Positions 1 to 13,110 of a DNA stretch of 64,000 bases are shown one piece after another (within the stretch, counting starts at the first letter, position 1; every line of letters starts with the position of its first letter). The DNA comes from Antedon mediterranea (taxonomy: Eukaryota; Animalia; Echinodermata), in assembly GCF_964355755.1 (NCBI RefSeq), contig NC_092671.1, forward strand, positions 434,001 through 498,000. Reading direction: 5' to 3'. Made by a program: the position numbers and the translations under genes. The notes beneath the pieces were generated by a model that had not been told where the DNA came from, made no database searches, and worked only from the letters and a program-made list of their open reading frames with translations.

Positions 1-292
1 TCAATGATGTATGAAATACTGTATGTTTACTATTATGGCACATATTTTAAATAATGTCTTATTCCCTTCCAATAGTGAGCATTTTGGTTTGAGTGAGCTA
101 AAACTATAGCCAGTTTATATAGCAGGGTTAGTTTCTTTTTTTTTAATCTTGTGTTAAATTTTTTTTTTTTTTTAACTTGGTTCTTTTTTTTTTTTTTAGA
201 TTTTGTGACAGACAAAGAACAAATTATTAAATGTTAAAAGTAACCACAGTATCACACATCAAGTGTAATCATAATATGTATATTAAATTTAC

Positions 293-415
293 CTGAGCAT
301 GTCACATTATCAGCATTCAACTGACGTCCTTCATTACAGTAGCATCTTGCACCAGTTATGGAATATTTACACAAATCGCTACAACCCTTCTCTGCACATT
401 TTTGAACTTGAGAAA
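293..415 (-). CDS. LRP1: LRP1-like exon 5, EGF-like domain
   Basis: ttcatag|...|gtaaat; [41 protein letters not shown], 6 Cys, 123 nt. Confidence 0.85.
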
Positions 416-3400
416 CTATGAAAGAGAAAGTTCAAATAAAATATTTTGGAATTTATAAAAATAGTTTAATTTGCATCACTTCAATTCATTCTGTATTTCC
501 ACATACACACATGACAATGTTATGAAATTATGACAGCATTTGAGAAGGTCCCACTAGAGGGAGTGGTTCACAGACAACTCCATTATAAACAATATTGCAC
601 CACATACTGTAGCAGTGATAGGATCTACACTTCCAATTCCATGTTAAGCCAAAATTAAGTAGTAGTAAGTTGTGTGAATATACCCTACCACAGTGACTTC
701 CTTCGTCTGATCTATCTCCACAGTCTATCTCAGAATTACATAGTAAGTGTATTGGGATACAGTCATTGGAACCAGGGCATTGGTACTCATTCCTTGAGCA
801 GCTTTCAAACGGTGACTCACCTGAGCAAAATATTAAATATTATACATCAAAATTATATCTTATAATACATTGTCAGTGTAAGAAAACAAGATTCAAGTAC
901 AGTATAGTAACAGAGAATGTAGTGACATGTTTGGCACCCCATACTTGAGGGTGATTCTGTAAACATCGTTGATCACATCACATACTGCTTGCATTTAGTT
1001 GATTAAGACCTTAAACAGGTAAAAAAGACTACTCTCTTATTACAAAAAAAATATAATACAAAATTATAATTTATTTAATCCATTTTTATTTTAAACTACT
1101 TGTACAGTATTTGTACAGGAGGACTGAAATGTTGGTTCATCCTGATTGGTAGGCATGATATAGACTAAAGCTCTAACTACACTAGTTTATGTGACAACAA
1201 AATTTGATGTGTCCATAATAAGGACATGATGATGTCATACCACTACCACATTTGGGCATATCACTACTAAATTTGGCACATTACAGTTTTTTTGTCAAAC
1301 TACTACTAGTTTGATAGTGTAGACAGACCTTTATTTTACCAAATGATTGCTAACCAACAAAACGGATCAAAGAGATCCTCATTAAGGTTGCTGCATTGAT
1401 GAATTGATGAACAGTCAATTACAGATTGTATTGTTGAATATTAGAAACACATGATGATACAGTAAATAATTTGCTCACTTGCTATGCACCACTGCTAATT
1501 TACCTCATCAGAAATATATTATGAAAAATGTACACACTTGAATAGTTTCATCATTAGTATCTGCTGATGATTATCACAGAGAAACCGTGAAATATGTAAG
1601 AAACTTTTCTTTGTAATTTTTAATATGAGAATAAATTATGAGAAAAATTCTGATTCACAGTAGTGTTATCCTATACCAACAATATTGTTGTGCACCTTGA
1701 CACTGGTGTGCATCAGTCTATACAATGGCGGCTACCATCCAATTGTGGATTTTCTGCCCACATTTTGAAGTTGAATGCTTTGACCTTGACCACTTTGATG
1801 TGCTAAACTATGAGTTGCTACAACCCTCAAGAGTTCTAATAGAGCCATTGCGTATTTGACCCAATTCGCATACACAAACACGCAACGGTTGTTACACATA
1901 AATTATCTAAAGATTTTGATTTTTACAGCATAATGTACATAAAGTATAATGTACATAAAGTATAAAAAAGAATATACATATTTGGTTTATTACAATATTG
2001 CAGAATCAAATAGGCTGCTGTAGAGCTATTTAAATTTAAAACAGTTGCTTCCAAACTAACAATTACATACTGTACAAAAAGATAAAAATGCAGATCTGAT
2101 GTCTGGTGATAGTGCATTTTACTAGCCCACTGGGCACACAACTAGGTCAACTAATGCTTTATGGGATGGCATTATTATCTTATATAATAATTGACCTTGA
2201 CTTACATTCTTCTCCTTGCTCATCTGAATTATCCCCACAATCATCAATTCCATCGCAAACCCATCCATGCGGAACACATCGGGATGCATTTATACATTTA
2301 AAACTGATTTCTGGATCGCAGTATTCTCCTTTAAAGACATATTTGAAATTTAATCATTTTTATTATTTTCATTATTATATATAAAAAAGAAAGCCAATTG
2401 ATACCAATTACTATTAACTTGTAAGTTCACATACATTTTGAGACCAGCAATGTACTATATGTATTTGCTTCATATTTCTCTATTTTTTTATTTTTTTTCA
2501 TTTTTATTTCATGTCATAGGATGGCATAATAATTGTCGAGGTTCATATAAGTATGTGCACGTTGCATTTGCGCAGATAACCCAAACTCGTCAAAGTGACG
2601 AGTTCAAATCTAGTTTTACTTTTATATTTATCAACATTTAAAATGGACCTGAAATGGATTTTCGATTTTTTTTATTTTAGAATGATGTTTTTGGGGCTAT
2701 TAGATGTTGCTAGAATGTATATTGTTACAAAATATAAATTGGCCCTTTTGGGGAAAGCCCCATTTGAAAATCAAAAAAATTCGCGGGTGACGTCACTTTG
2801 CGAATATATTCCTATCCCTCCAATGAACAATTTGTAGTTTTTTGGCTATAACTCTTGAAATCTATGGAGTATTTTCTAAAAAACGTATTTAGAATTTTTT
2901 TAGATAAAATTATTACCGTATAAACGGTTATTCATCGAGTAAATGACGATTTTAAAATCTTCAAATCAACTGTTTTTTTCTGGCAATACCGAAGTTAGCC
3001 TGGCAACGTTGTCCGGGATACAGCGCCGTGTGCAATGATGCGTATCCATATTTTCCGTTCGTGTATTTTGTATATCGTTCGTAATTTATACTGCCAAAAT
3101 TTCTTTAGTCTTTAGTTTAGCAGAATTAAATTAGTAATATGAGATGATAATTTATTTGTCACGAATCAGCCAGTTCGAAAACAAATTTTATTCATATTTT
3201 ACTTTAACTTGACAATGAGCGCAGCAAGTTGTTGATATCGCTTTGGTCCTTGGGGATGCACATGAAACGGAGCCTCGCCGCATGGTGTGGGTGGTGGGGT
3301 GGTGGATCAAGTTCGCTCGCTGGATTGGGGGCCTAGGCCTAGTAAAGGTTTGGGAGGTAGGCCTTCCAAATTCGGGTTTTAGAACTAACAAAGTAAATTT

Positions 3401-6400
3401 TAGGGAACTACTGTATATTTCAACAACATTAGATATTGAATAAATTAGTATTAGTGTCAACGCTTCGCGTATCTTTCCAGCCCGTCGATCATTCACTGAC
3501 TATATGGCGGCATACACGCTCTCGATATCGTCGTGTGTATATGTGACGTCGTGAATATAGAGGCTTCCGACGGCCGTTGAAATAGAATATTGCAATGGCT
3601 TGAGTAAATTTCGCTAATTTATTATTAGGTATCTTAAAATTTCGTTTTTTCTCAAAATACTATACATTTTGTTTTTATTTGTATGGGTTTGTGTTAATTT
3701 GATACATTTAAATAACATGTGTGAATTTCTTGAAAATCGAAAGTCCATTTCAGGTCCATTTTAAATAGGCATATAAAATAATAAATTAGCCTGTAGCCCA
3801 GGATGCGATCTTCTCGGTCCAGGAGGATCATAGGAAAGGTTGCGCATGTTCCTGATTGGATAATACCGTATCTAAAGCATTGCTTATTTAAACTACATGA
3901 AATTCTTATGGTAGTTAGTGTACATACCACAATCTTGTTCATCACTGGAGTCTTTACAATCAAAGTCTCTATCACATCGCCATTCAGATGGGATACATTC
4001 AGAACCGTTCTTACAGGCAAACTCATACACTTGGCAAACTACTACATCTATACAAATAAATACAATATTCTGTATTAACATTATATTCTAAATTGAGTTG
4101 TGAATGAAACATACAGTAATGAGAATACAGTGAGGAGGCCAGTGATGATACCGTACGGTTTGGTAATAGTTTGCTGAATAAAACATACAGTAATGAGAAT
4201 ACAGTGAGGAGGCCAGTGATGATACCGTACGGTTTGGTAATAGTTTGCTGAATAAAACATACAGTAATGAGAATACAGTGAGGAGGCCAGTGATGATACC
4301 GTACGGTTTGGTAATAGTTTGCTGAATAAAACATACAGTAATGAGAATACAGTGAGGAGGCCAGTGATGATTACATACGGTTTGGTAATAGTTTGCTGAA
4401 TGAAACATACAGTAATGAGAATACAGTGAGGAGGCCAGTGATGATACCGTACGGTTTGGTAATAGTTTGCTGAATGAAACATACAGTAATGAGAATACAG
4501 TGAGGAGGCCAGTGATGATACCGTACGGTTTGGTAATAGTTTGCTGAATAAAACATACAGTAATGAGAATACAGTGAGGAGGCCAGTGATGATTACATAC
4601 GGTTTGGTAATAGTTTGCTGAATGAAACATACAGTAATGAGAATACAGTGAGGAGGCCAGTGATGATACCGTACGGTTTGGTAATAGTTTGCTGAATGAA
4701 ACATACAGTAATGAGAATACAGTGAGGAGGCCAGTGATGATACCGTATGGTTTGGTAATAGTTTGCTGAATGAAACATACAGTAATGAGAATACAGTGAG
4801 GAGGCCAGTGATGATACCGTACGGTTTGGTAATAGTTTGCTGATGATAATGTTATAAAATAATCTGAACAATAGAATAAGGCCTATAGTATTGTAGTTAT
4901 TATAACACACATGTACATTATGTTATGGAAATATTTGTATTGGCAAGAAATTAAAAAATGTATTTTACTTGGAAATACTGTAAAAATAATTAAACAATTT
5001 AGTCAAGGAGAATATAAAGTACTAATTTCTTAGAAAACACAAAAAAACAGGCATCTGAATAAAAAGAACTCTAGGAAATTGCAACTTAACATAATAATAG
5101 AATCTAAAGCTGGACGTTGTTGTATTAGCGTTGATGACCTGGTGTGTGTGTGTGTAAAACACTTTCAATTGTTAGTAGTCTCCTGATGATCAAAAGATTA
5201 CACACAATATTCCAAATATGGTCATTGGATTGTAAAATATGATCAAATACATTCACTTTTATAGCTATTGTATCTTAATAAATGTTATACCAGCTGCATA
5301 GCAATTTAAGACGTTTGTAGATTAATTCTTACATAGCACTTCAAAATAATGTTTAAATATATTTCTTTTCATTCAATCTCCAACAATACATTTTAATTCC
5401 TTTAAGTGCATTGTGAATTTGTTTTTAATTCCTTTATATTTTTTTTTTTTGCAAAATAAATTGTTTCCAGCGTAAATAGAACAATAGAAGAAAGTTTGTG
5501 GCCGAAGATTTTAAAATGCATTGAAAATTTCTCTAAATTAGCAAATAAGACCACTTTAAAATTACCAAATAAGACCACTTTAAAATCTGCAAAAGTAGTA
5601 TTTAAGATGCAAGTATACAGTACAAAGTTTAATACTATAAACAGTGATGATTAGATCACAGTACCACAAAACTTTATTGGGAAAATTATTGCATACTTTC
5701 TTTGTAATCACAGAATTGCATAATCTGTTGCAATCTAATCTACAGTTTAACTGGATACAAATTATTTAAACTATACCACATAAAATCATTAACTTTCTCT
5801 GTTGTAGCCTATAGCAATGTCTACATACCAAAACCTATGACACACTCAAGTACAGTCATCTTCATTATTCAACAATAATAATTTCATCATTTCAAGTAAT
5901 ATTATTAAACTCTTGACCTATTATAATGTATAAGATTTTGAGACATGAATTTGTCGGATCGGAATCAAACATACTTGAAAGTTTAACATTTTTTAATTGT
6001 ATATCTTCTGCCATATTTTATTGTTATGCTTGTTGTATGTTTATGCTGTTTGTTGTGATGTGTCTATGCTGACCCTTAAGTTGATTTTTCTTTCGACTTT
6101 AATTTAATGTATTTGCTTGTAAATTGTTTGAATTTATATTGTCTTGTGTTGAAACCGAATAAAATCAACCTTTTTTAGCCATCTAATGTTATAAATTCAT
6201 CTTCCTTTCAAAGACATGCCCCCTGTAGTTGTATGTTGTTGTTATGTTTATCCAGCACAAATTGTTAACTTATATTTTGAAGTAATTTTTGAACAATTAG
6301 TAAAGTTGGATTTCTGTTTTTGCTAACTGTATACTATAAATCATTTAGCTTATAGTTATCTTCTCAAATAATTTACTATCCAAATACAGATGTATTGTTC

Positions 6401-9400
6401 AATGCAACTGTTTCCTATTGTTCTGAAGAACAACAAAAGAATAATGAGGGCGCCATTTTATAGGGTGTAAAAGGCCGTTTTGGCGTGTCATAAAAAAAAA
6501 GAAAAAAATAATACCGACAGCGTGGTTGGTAAGAAGTGTGAAAATAAAAGATAATAAAAAGAAGAAAGTTCTTGCGTATATGTATACATTATTCAGTACA
6601 CCTATTTTAATCTAATTGCTATTTACATAAGCTTGTTTGATGGTAAATCATAGCCTTTATATTATAATGTCTCGCTGTCTTTTGGTGTAACAATGTGGTT
6701 CGATAAATAGAAGGTCGCAATTTAGATCCCCCATCAACATCAACTCTTTCTTTTCTAATTCAATTTTACATAAATATTTTGTAGGTGGTCAAGTCTTGGT
6801 AAACTGCCTAACTAATAATGATCCTATGTATTTAGACTGGTCTAGTCTTACTAAATGCCTAATAATGACCCTATGTATTTAGTCTGGTCTAGTCTTACTA
6901 AAATGCCTAATAATGACCCTATATATTTAGTCTGGTCCGCATTCATCATGTCCGAAAAAGTAAAAGCGAAGAAAAAAAATGTTACATCTAGGCTTGTATG
7001 TAAAAGAAACATGATCTCCCCAAGTTCGCGCTGTTCCTCGGCATATCGTAGGTATCTGAGCCATCGTTGTTGTCGCATCATTCGCTGGGATTCCATGCAG
7101 CTAGAAACGAACTCAACTAACGCAAACAGCAGCAAAGCAGTACCTTCATCTAGTTCAGTGTCGTGTCGTCATTAATCATTTGTAAAAATATAGGTAAAAA
7201 CCCCGATAATAATAATAATTGAGGAAGCATTGTGTCGACGGATCGTTAAGCAGTACTCGAAAAAGAAGAAGAAGGTGGTAGAATGGGTGCGTATACACAC
7301 AAGGAATAGCCCACAAAGTGCCCTAACCTGTTCAACTGTACTTCCTGTTTGTGTCGGCGGGGTCGCGAGCACGTGATGCTTAAGCTAACATGAGCCGTCG
7401 AACGCAATTTAATGAATTTAATCGAATTACCGCTCTCGTAAAATTTAACTAGATCAGTACTTATCTCGCCCTAAGTTCGATATGAACCCAACTTATGTGA
7501 TTCATACACATATTTAATACATGTATTCATAATTTACACTGTTACCGTCATTGATTTATTGAATACAGCTGATTATACAAGGAATCTGTTATGATATCTA
7601 TAAACAACAGTGATGAATTATTATGCAACAGTCTTCTGTCACGTCACACTCAAGCTGTACCCACAGTGATGATGATGCATTTTAATTATTGTGGACACTT
7701 TGCAGTACCATTTAATTATCTAATGTCTTGACAAGCGTTTCTAGAAATAACTAAATTATATCTATACAAATCTATACGGATATATATTTTTTTCTTCACA
7801 AATTAAAAAAAGTTGATTTTCCGCATGTTTAGTACTGTACTGTAACTGTGGCTATTTAACACTGGCACCTGACTGGTACGTTTGGCTGCCACTGCAGAAT
7901 TAGATAAAAAAAGGCAGGGAGATATTTTCAGAAAAATCACACTTTTTTGTCTGATATCTTTTTTTTTTTGTATTATTGTATTTTTTATTTATTGATAGTG
8001 GCCTATTTAACAAATACTAGTACAATAGGTACAATTAGCAACAAAGCAAAATATTTCTTTTGAAAAAAATACAGTTTGTTAGCATTGAAACTGAATAGTT
8101 TCTGTCAATATACAGAAAGTATTATCTACAGTACTTTGTTCCACCAATAGCTTACTTGCTAAAAGATAAAAGTAACTAAACTTTCCCATTATATAACTAA
8201 ACTAAACTAAACAAATCACTGTATTTATTAACTCTACTGTACACAGATTTCTGCTTCACATTTATTTGAATAGTCCTTTCACTCCAAATTTGAGACATTT
8301 TAGAGCCATAAAAAATACTCTACTAACCGAATAATCTGTGTGAAGAACCGAAACAGGAGAAATTTTCAATAAACCAGTTTAAATGGCTGAACATAAGTTA
8401 AAAAAACCAGTTTAAATGGCTGAACATAAGTTAAAAATAATCAGTCAAATTGGGTGTCTTAGCTGCAATGCACACTGAGCTTGGATTTAGTCAGAGTGAC
8501 TGGAGGAGGTAACTTGCTGCTACCAGACCGGACTCTTGATCCAATGTGAAGAATGTAGCTTATTATGTACCACCACATTTTACTAAGCACTTACTTACTT
8601 GGCCCAATGTGAATGAGCTTTATGTACCACCACATTTTACTAAGCACTTACTTACTTGGCCCAATGTGAATGAGCTTTATGTACCACCACATTTTACTAA
8701 GCACTTACTTACTTGGCCCAATGTGAATGAGCTTTATGTACCACCACATTTTACTAAGCACTTACTTACTTGGCCCAATGTGAATGAGCTTTATGTACCA
8801 CCACATTTTACTAAGCACTTACTTACTTGGCCCAATGTGAATGAGCTTTATGTACCACCACATTTTACTAAGCACTTACTTACTTGGCCCAATGTGAATG
8901 AGCTTTATGTACCACCACATTTTACTAAGCACTTACTTACTTGGCCCAATGTGAATGAGCTTTATGTACCACCACATTTTACTAAGCACTTACTTACTTG
9001 GCCCATTGTGAATGAGCTTTATGTACCACCACATTTTACTAAGCACTTACTTACTTGGCCCAATGTGAATGAGCTTTATGTACCACCACATTTTACTAAG
9101 CACTTACTTACTTGGCCCATTGTGAATGAGCTTTATGTACCACCACATTTTACTAAGCACTTACTTACTTGGCCCATTGTGAATGAGCTTTATGTACCAC
9201 CACATTTTACTAAGCACTTACTTACTTGGCCCAATGTGAATGAGCTTTATGTACCACCACATTTTACTAAGCACTTACTTACTTGGCCCAATGTGAATGA
9301 GCTTTATGTACCACCACATTTTACTAAGCACTTACTTACTTGGCCCAATGTGAATGAGCTTTATGTACCACCACATTTTACTAAGCACTTACTTACTCTC

Positions 9401-12400
9401 ACACAATGTACATTTCGTTTGTTGCTCTAATGATAGCAATTTTTCAAAAACTTGATCTTGTCATAGCACTTAAGTTAGTCTGCACATTTGTAGTACTGTT
9501 GTACAGCTACCACTACAGTATACAGTTTAAATAAAATACAATAATGAATACAGGTAAATGAATAGGTAACTGAATAATAGCTAACTACTGCATTGCTAAA
9601 GTAAACTTGCAGTGCATTCACAATAAATACTAATTACTATATACTATATTTGCTAAGAACAAGATGGCAAGTAATACAGTAAACATACTTACTGTAAATG
9701 AATAAATCTCTCCTCAGGTCAATAGCCTACTAAGTGAATAGACTACAATCCAATGATGTGGAAGTATTTCTTTATAATCGGCCTTCAACATTAATACAAA
9801 ATAAATTTTGAACTTTATTCCTTCATACTAAAATGCGAGGTTTTATTCATTTTGTGCTCAAATGGCTTTCAAACCATATGCTGGAATCACACACATTTTC
9901 CACATTAATGTACTGTATCTTTATAAGTCACATAGTTGGCTTTAAAAAGTAAAATAAAGGAAATTGATATTACTTAAAACTTATAGTTGGTAAAACCTAA
10001 AGTTCATACTTATTTTTTTTTTTATGTACTAAATACCAGGGGTGAATTCTGGGTCAGTAGACATGAAATGAAACTTAATCAAAGTGAGAGTTGAACTTTG
10101 TAAAGAATTTAGGTAAGGTACTTTTGTGTGTCATGAAGTTGAAAGGCAGGATTTATTTCAAAGTTTATTATTGTTTACATTTCTGGAGATAATAAAATTC
10201 ATCTTTGAGTTTACTTGCTCAATGGGATATTAGGTTTTACATTAAATGGTATATAATATAAAAACTAGGAATTTACACAAATCTACCATACAATGCAATG
10301 GTAGTGAAAGATATAGTACTGGATTCATATCTCAATGGTAGTGAAAGATATAGTACTGGATTCATATCTCAATGGTAGTGAAAGATATAGTACTGGATTC
10401 ATATCTCTATTGCAATTTATATGATAATAACTGTCTCACTGAGACTATGGTCCAATTGTGAAGACTTTTTAACCACCATAAATAAAGTGTATGGTTATAG
10501 AGATTTTGTGTTTATTGTTTGTTTGTGGTTCCCCTACCCAGTGCTCAGTCACTTTACTTGACCAGTGGTAAAGGCTTTGGGATTCGTCAATGTTACCATA
10601 CTATATATCGTTTGCTAAATTCTCATTTTTGATTTTAGTATTTTAACAAACAGACATAATCACCACATTACGCATTGATTATTCCCATCAACCATCATAG
10701 CTAGACTTTTATCGCCAATAATTCCCATTAGCTGTGTATAATATCCTGAATGGCCAGCATCATTAGAAAGTTGGCAGCCAGCCAACAACAGTTTTCTTTT
10801 TTAACAAATATATATTACACTACAGTGCATATTTTATACATATTAATTATAGTTTGTAGTTAAATTAGACTGGGCAAAGCACAATTTACTTCACTCGCAT
10901 TCACGATTTGTACTGGATTTTTAATTTAAAATAACAGTACCCTTTATAAATTGTATTGTATACTTATATTATACTATAATGTTTTGTATAGGCCTTTTTC
11001 ACAAAACGGAAGACATCTTTGATCATGACAAACAATACTGTGCAGGGAAGTGTAACCAACAGAAATAACATAGCGTTTTCAGGGGATTTCAGGACACCAT
11101 GATTATTAAGTAAAAAATCGTAACTCCGGGATAATTGTATTGTATGATTGTTTGTCATCAATCGAAGATGTCTTCCATTTTGTGAAAAAGGCTTGTTAAA
11201 TGAAAACTGAATGGATAGATGGGTGATAAAAATCTTGAAATCTGATGACAATACTTCCAGAGAGTTCTGCGATGTGACGTCAAAACGGTAGATGGCGCTG
11301 GGTGGTTGCTAGCGCAACCAAAAATGCGTTCAACGCTATGTTGATAACCACTATAGATTTGTGTTTCTATCAAATTATGTATCTTAGCTTGATTTTTTTT
11401 AACTTAAACTGTAGTTGAAGAATAGATAGATTATTAAAAACAAATATAGTGATCTTTTGAAATTTTAGTTTGTTTTTATTGAAAAAGTTTTAAAAACCAT
11501 TGGTGAACTAGGAGTCACTCAGGCAGGTTGAACGCATTTTTGGGTTGACTAGCAACCATGCAGCGCCACCTACCGTCAGCACCGCAGAACTCTATACACA
11601 TTGTTTGATTGATATAAACATTTTGTTGTTAAATATAATATGATTTTGTACAATATGAATTGAAAGCTCTGTAGACATCCTTAAGATAAGAACAGGATTT
11701 GGAAAAGACAATGGTGATTAATTCACAATTACATACTTTAACAACCTCATGATGAACACAAATAATTGGTTTTTTAAAAAAGAGGACATCCCACTTAATA
11801 CAGGGTGTCGAAGTTTGTTAAAAAAAAAACCTGCAATACTAAAAACCTTTCTTAGGCTATGTAAAAAAAAAAAATGTTGATCGTCCTTTTTTTTTTTAAA
11901 GTCAGGAGGGAGGGAGGGAGGCTTTTTTTTTTTGCTTTTTTTTATTATAAAAAAGCAGCAAAGCACCATGAAAGTGTAACGATTCGACAAAATGTTGACA
12001 TGAAGCAATATAAAGGTCAAAATAGTAAATATTGGTATATGGTTCTGAACTGCAGTATCACAAAATGATTATACCATCTCCCTTTCCGGGCTTCCTATCG
12101 CTGGCGTACACTGTAGGCAACGTAGGCCTATCGCCCACGACGGATACAATTCAACATACAACTCTAATAATGTTAGTGTTACATCAGCCGTGACTTCGCA
12201 GCCAAACCAATCTTTAATCGGCGAACTGCTACCCTCGCGGGTAATAGAAAGTACCACAAAAGGCATTTAAGCTGCGTAAATACGTATCAATAAAGATCTA
12301 TTGTTCGCAAATCATGTGTAAAAAGAACCCACGCGCGCTGTACAGCAGGCCAGCGGGAAAAATAAACAAAATCAAGCTAGATACCCGTATCTTGCACATT

Positions 12401-13110
12401 GCATTACATGCGCATATTGATACTATCGATAGAGGGCCAGATAATCGCAATGAATTTCTGAATTTTGCTTTCGCGACGACTGATCTGAGGTTGAAGAACG
12501 GGATTTTCGCCCGGATTTTCACGGTAAAAAAAAAAAAAATGAGGCGGGCCGATTTTCGATGTCGGGCGAGGACGATCAACAACTTTTTTTTTTAAATGGC
12601 CTTATGAGAAAATAATAACGAAAGTGTACTCAGTCTATTGGATATTTGAGAAATAAAATTAAAAGGAATAGGGGATTAACATTGAAAAAAACATACCTTT
12701 CAACATTTATTACTACTTAGACTACAGTACAGTATTTATAGAAATAGGCCTATTACTTTTTATTTTATGTGGATATTAATAAATTAAAGTGAATAATAAT
12801 ATAATGTTGGTACTGATCTGTACACATTCAATTTTAACTCAAAATTGCTCTCACAAAAGTGTAACGGTAATGCTAGCCTACCACCATCTAATAATCATAG
12901 AATATAATGGCCCCAAGCCAGGCTATTCATTCTCAGACATGGGAGCAAGTTCCCAATTCTACCCTCTTGTTTGGAACCAACGAACGGTAAACCAATGAAC
13001 AAAACGTTTACAATACCTTCATTCCCTGTCGCCTGAGCAGTCGCCTCCTGTACAAAAACCATCGGTCCAAAGCATGCTACAAAAATAATAAGCTGCCGAT
13101 GGAACAACAT
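293..13110 (-). CDS. LRP1: LRP1/LRP1B-like LDL-receptor-related protein, 5' part (continues off the window's left edge)
   Basis: Five GT-AG exons joined by phase-1 introns: 13017-13110, 3928-4047, 2206-2328, 689-820, 293-415. They give signal peptide + 3 LDL-A repeats + EGF. The last LDL-A ([37 protein letters not shown]) and the EGF ([35 protein letters not shown]) resemble LRP1 CR2 and EGF1 as I recall them. Confidence 0.82.
689..820 (-). CDS. LRP1: LRP1-like exon 4, LDL-A repeat
   Basis: ttgctcag|...|gtaggg; [44 protein letters not shown], 132 nt. Confidence 0.88.
1169..1330. mobile_element. MITE family A copy (TIR AGCTCTGTCTACACTATCAAACT), degenerate
   Basis: Ends aagctctaactacactagttt / agtttgatagtgtagacagacct; internal sequence shared with the copies at 32588, 35800 and 43036. 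Confidence 0.7.
2206..2328 (-). CDS. LRP1: LRP1-like exon 3, LDL-A repeat
   Basis: ctttaaag|...|gtaagt; [40 protein letters not shown], 123 nt. Confidence 0.88.
2642..3760. mobile_element. Non-autonomous DNA transposon, Kolobok-like
   Basis: About 29-bp TIRs AATGGACCTGAAATGGA(T/C)TTTCGATTTT, flanked by TTAA at 2638-2641 and 3761-3764; CpG-richer interior; no transposase ORF. Confidence 0.75.
3928..4047 (-). CDS. LRP1: LRP1-like exon 2, LDL-A repeat
   Basis: ttgtatag|...|gtatgt; [40 protein letters not shown], 120 nt. Confidence 0.88.
4101..4843. repeat. Minisatellite, 74-bp unit x10
   Basis: Unit TGAAACATACAGTAATGAGAATACAGTGAGGAGGCCAGTGATGATACCGTACGGTTTGGTAATAGTTTGCTGAA. Confidence 0.97.
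8541..9397. repeat. Minisatellite, 57-bp unit x~15
   Basis: Unit CCAATGTGAATGAGCTTTATGTACCACCACATTTTACTAAGCACTTACTTACTTGGC. Confidence 0.97.
10295..10407. repeat. Short tandem repeat, ~38-bp unit x3
   Basis: CAATGGTAGTGAAAGATATAGTACTGGATTCATATCT repeated. Confidence 0.9.
10991..11193. mobile_element. MITE with ~28-bp TIRs
   Basis: GCCTTTTTCACAAAACGGAAGACATCTT ... AAGATGTCTTCCATTTTGTGAAAAAGGC. Confidence 0.75.
11261..11593. mobile_element. MITE with long (~70-bp) imperfect TIRs
   Basis: AGAGTTCTGCG...ACGGTAGATGGCGCTG...GGTTGCTAG...AAAAATGCGTTCAAC mirrored by GTTGAACGCATTTTT...CTAGCAACC...CAGCGCCACCTACCGT...CGCAGAACTCT. Confidence 0.8.
11855..12601. mobile_element. Non-autonomous PIF/Harbinger-like element
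   Basis: TIRs GGCTATGT(A)nTGTTGATCGTCCT / AGGACGATCAACAAC(T)nAAATGGCC, with a TTA target duplication at 11852-11854 and 12602-12604. Confidence 0.7.
13017..13110 (-). CDS. LRP1: LRP1-like exon 1, signal peptide
   Basis: [31 protein letters not shown], a hydrophobic leader; donor aag|gtattg in phase 1 matches the next LDL-A exon. Confidence 0.72.

Noticed and set aside
1560-1600. Hammerhead-ribozyme-like CTGATGA...GAAA (also near 50200)
   Set aside because: Could not form stem II or the flanking stems by eye.
4023-4910. Overlapping 100-200-aa ORFs
   Set aside because: Artefacts of the 74-bp array cycling through frames.
8546-9430. 294-aa repeat ORF ([19 protein letters not shown])n
   Set aside because: Translation of a 57-bp minisatellite, antisense within LRP1 intron 1, non-ATG start, no synonymous-site variation.
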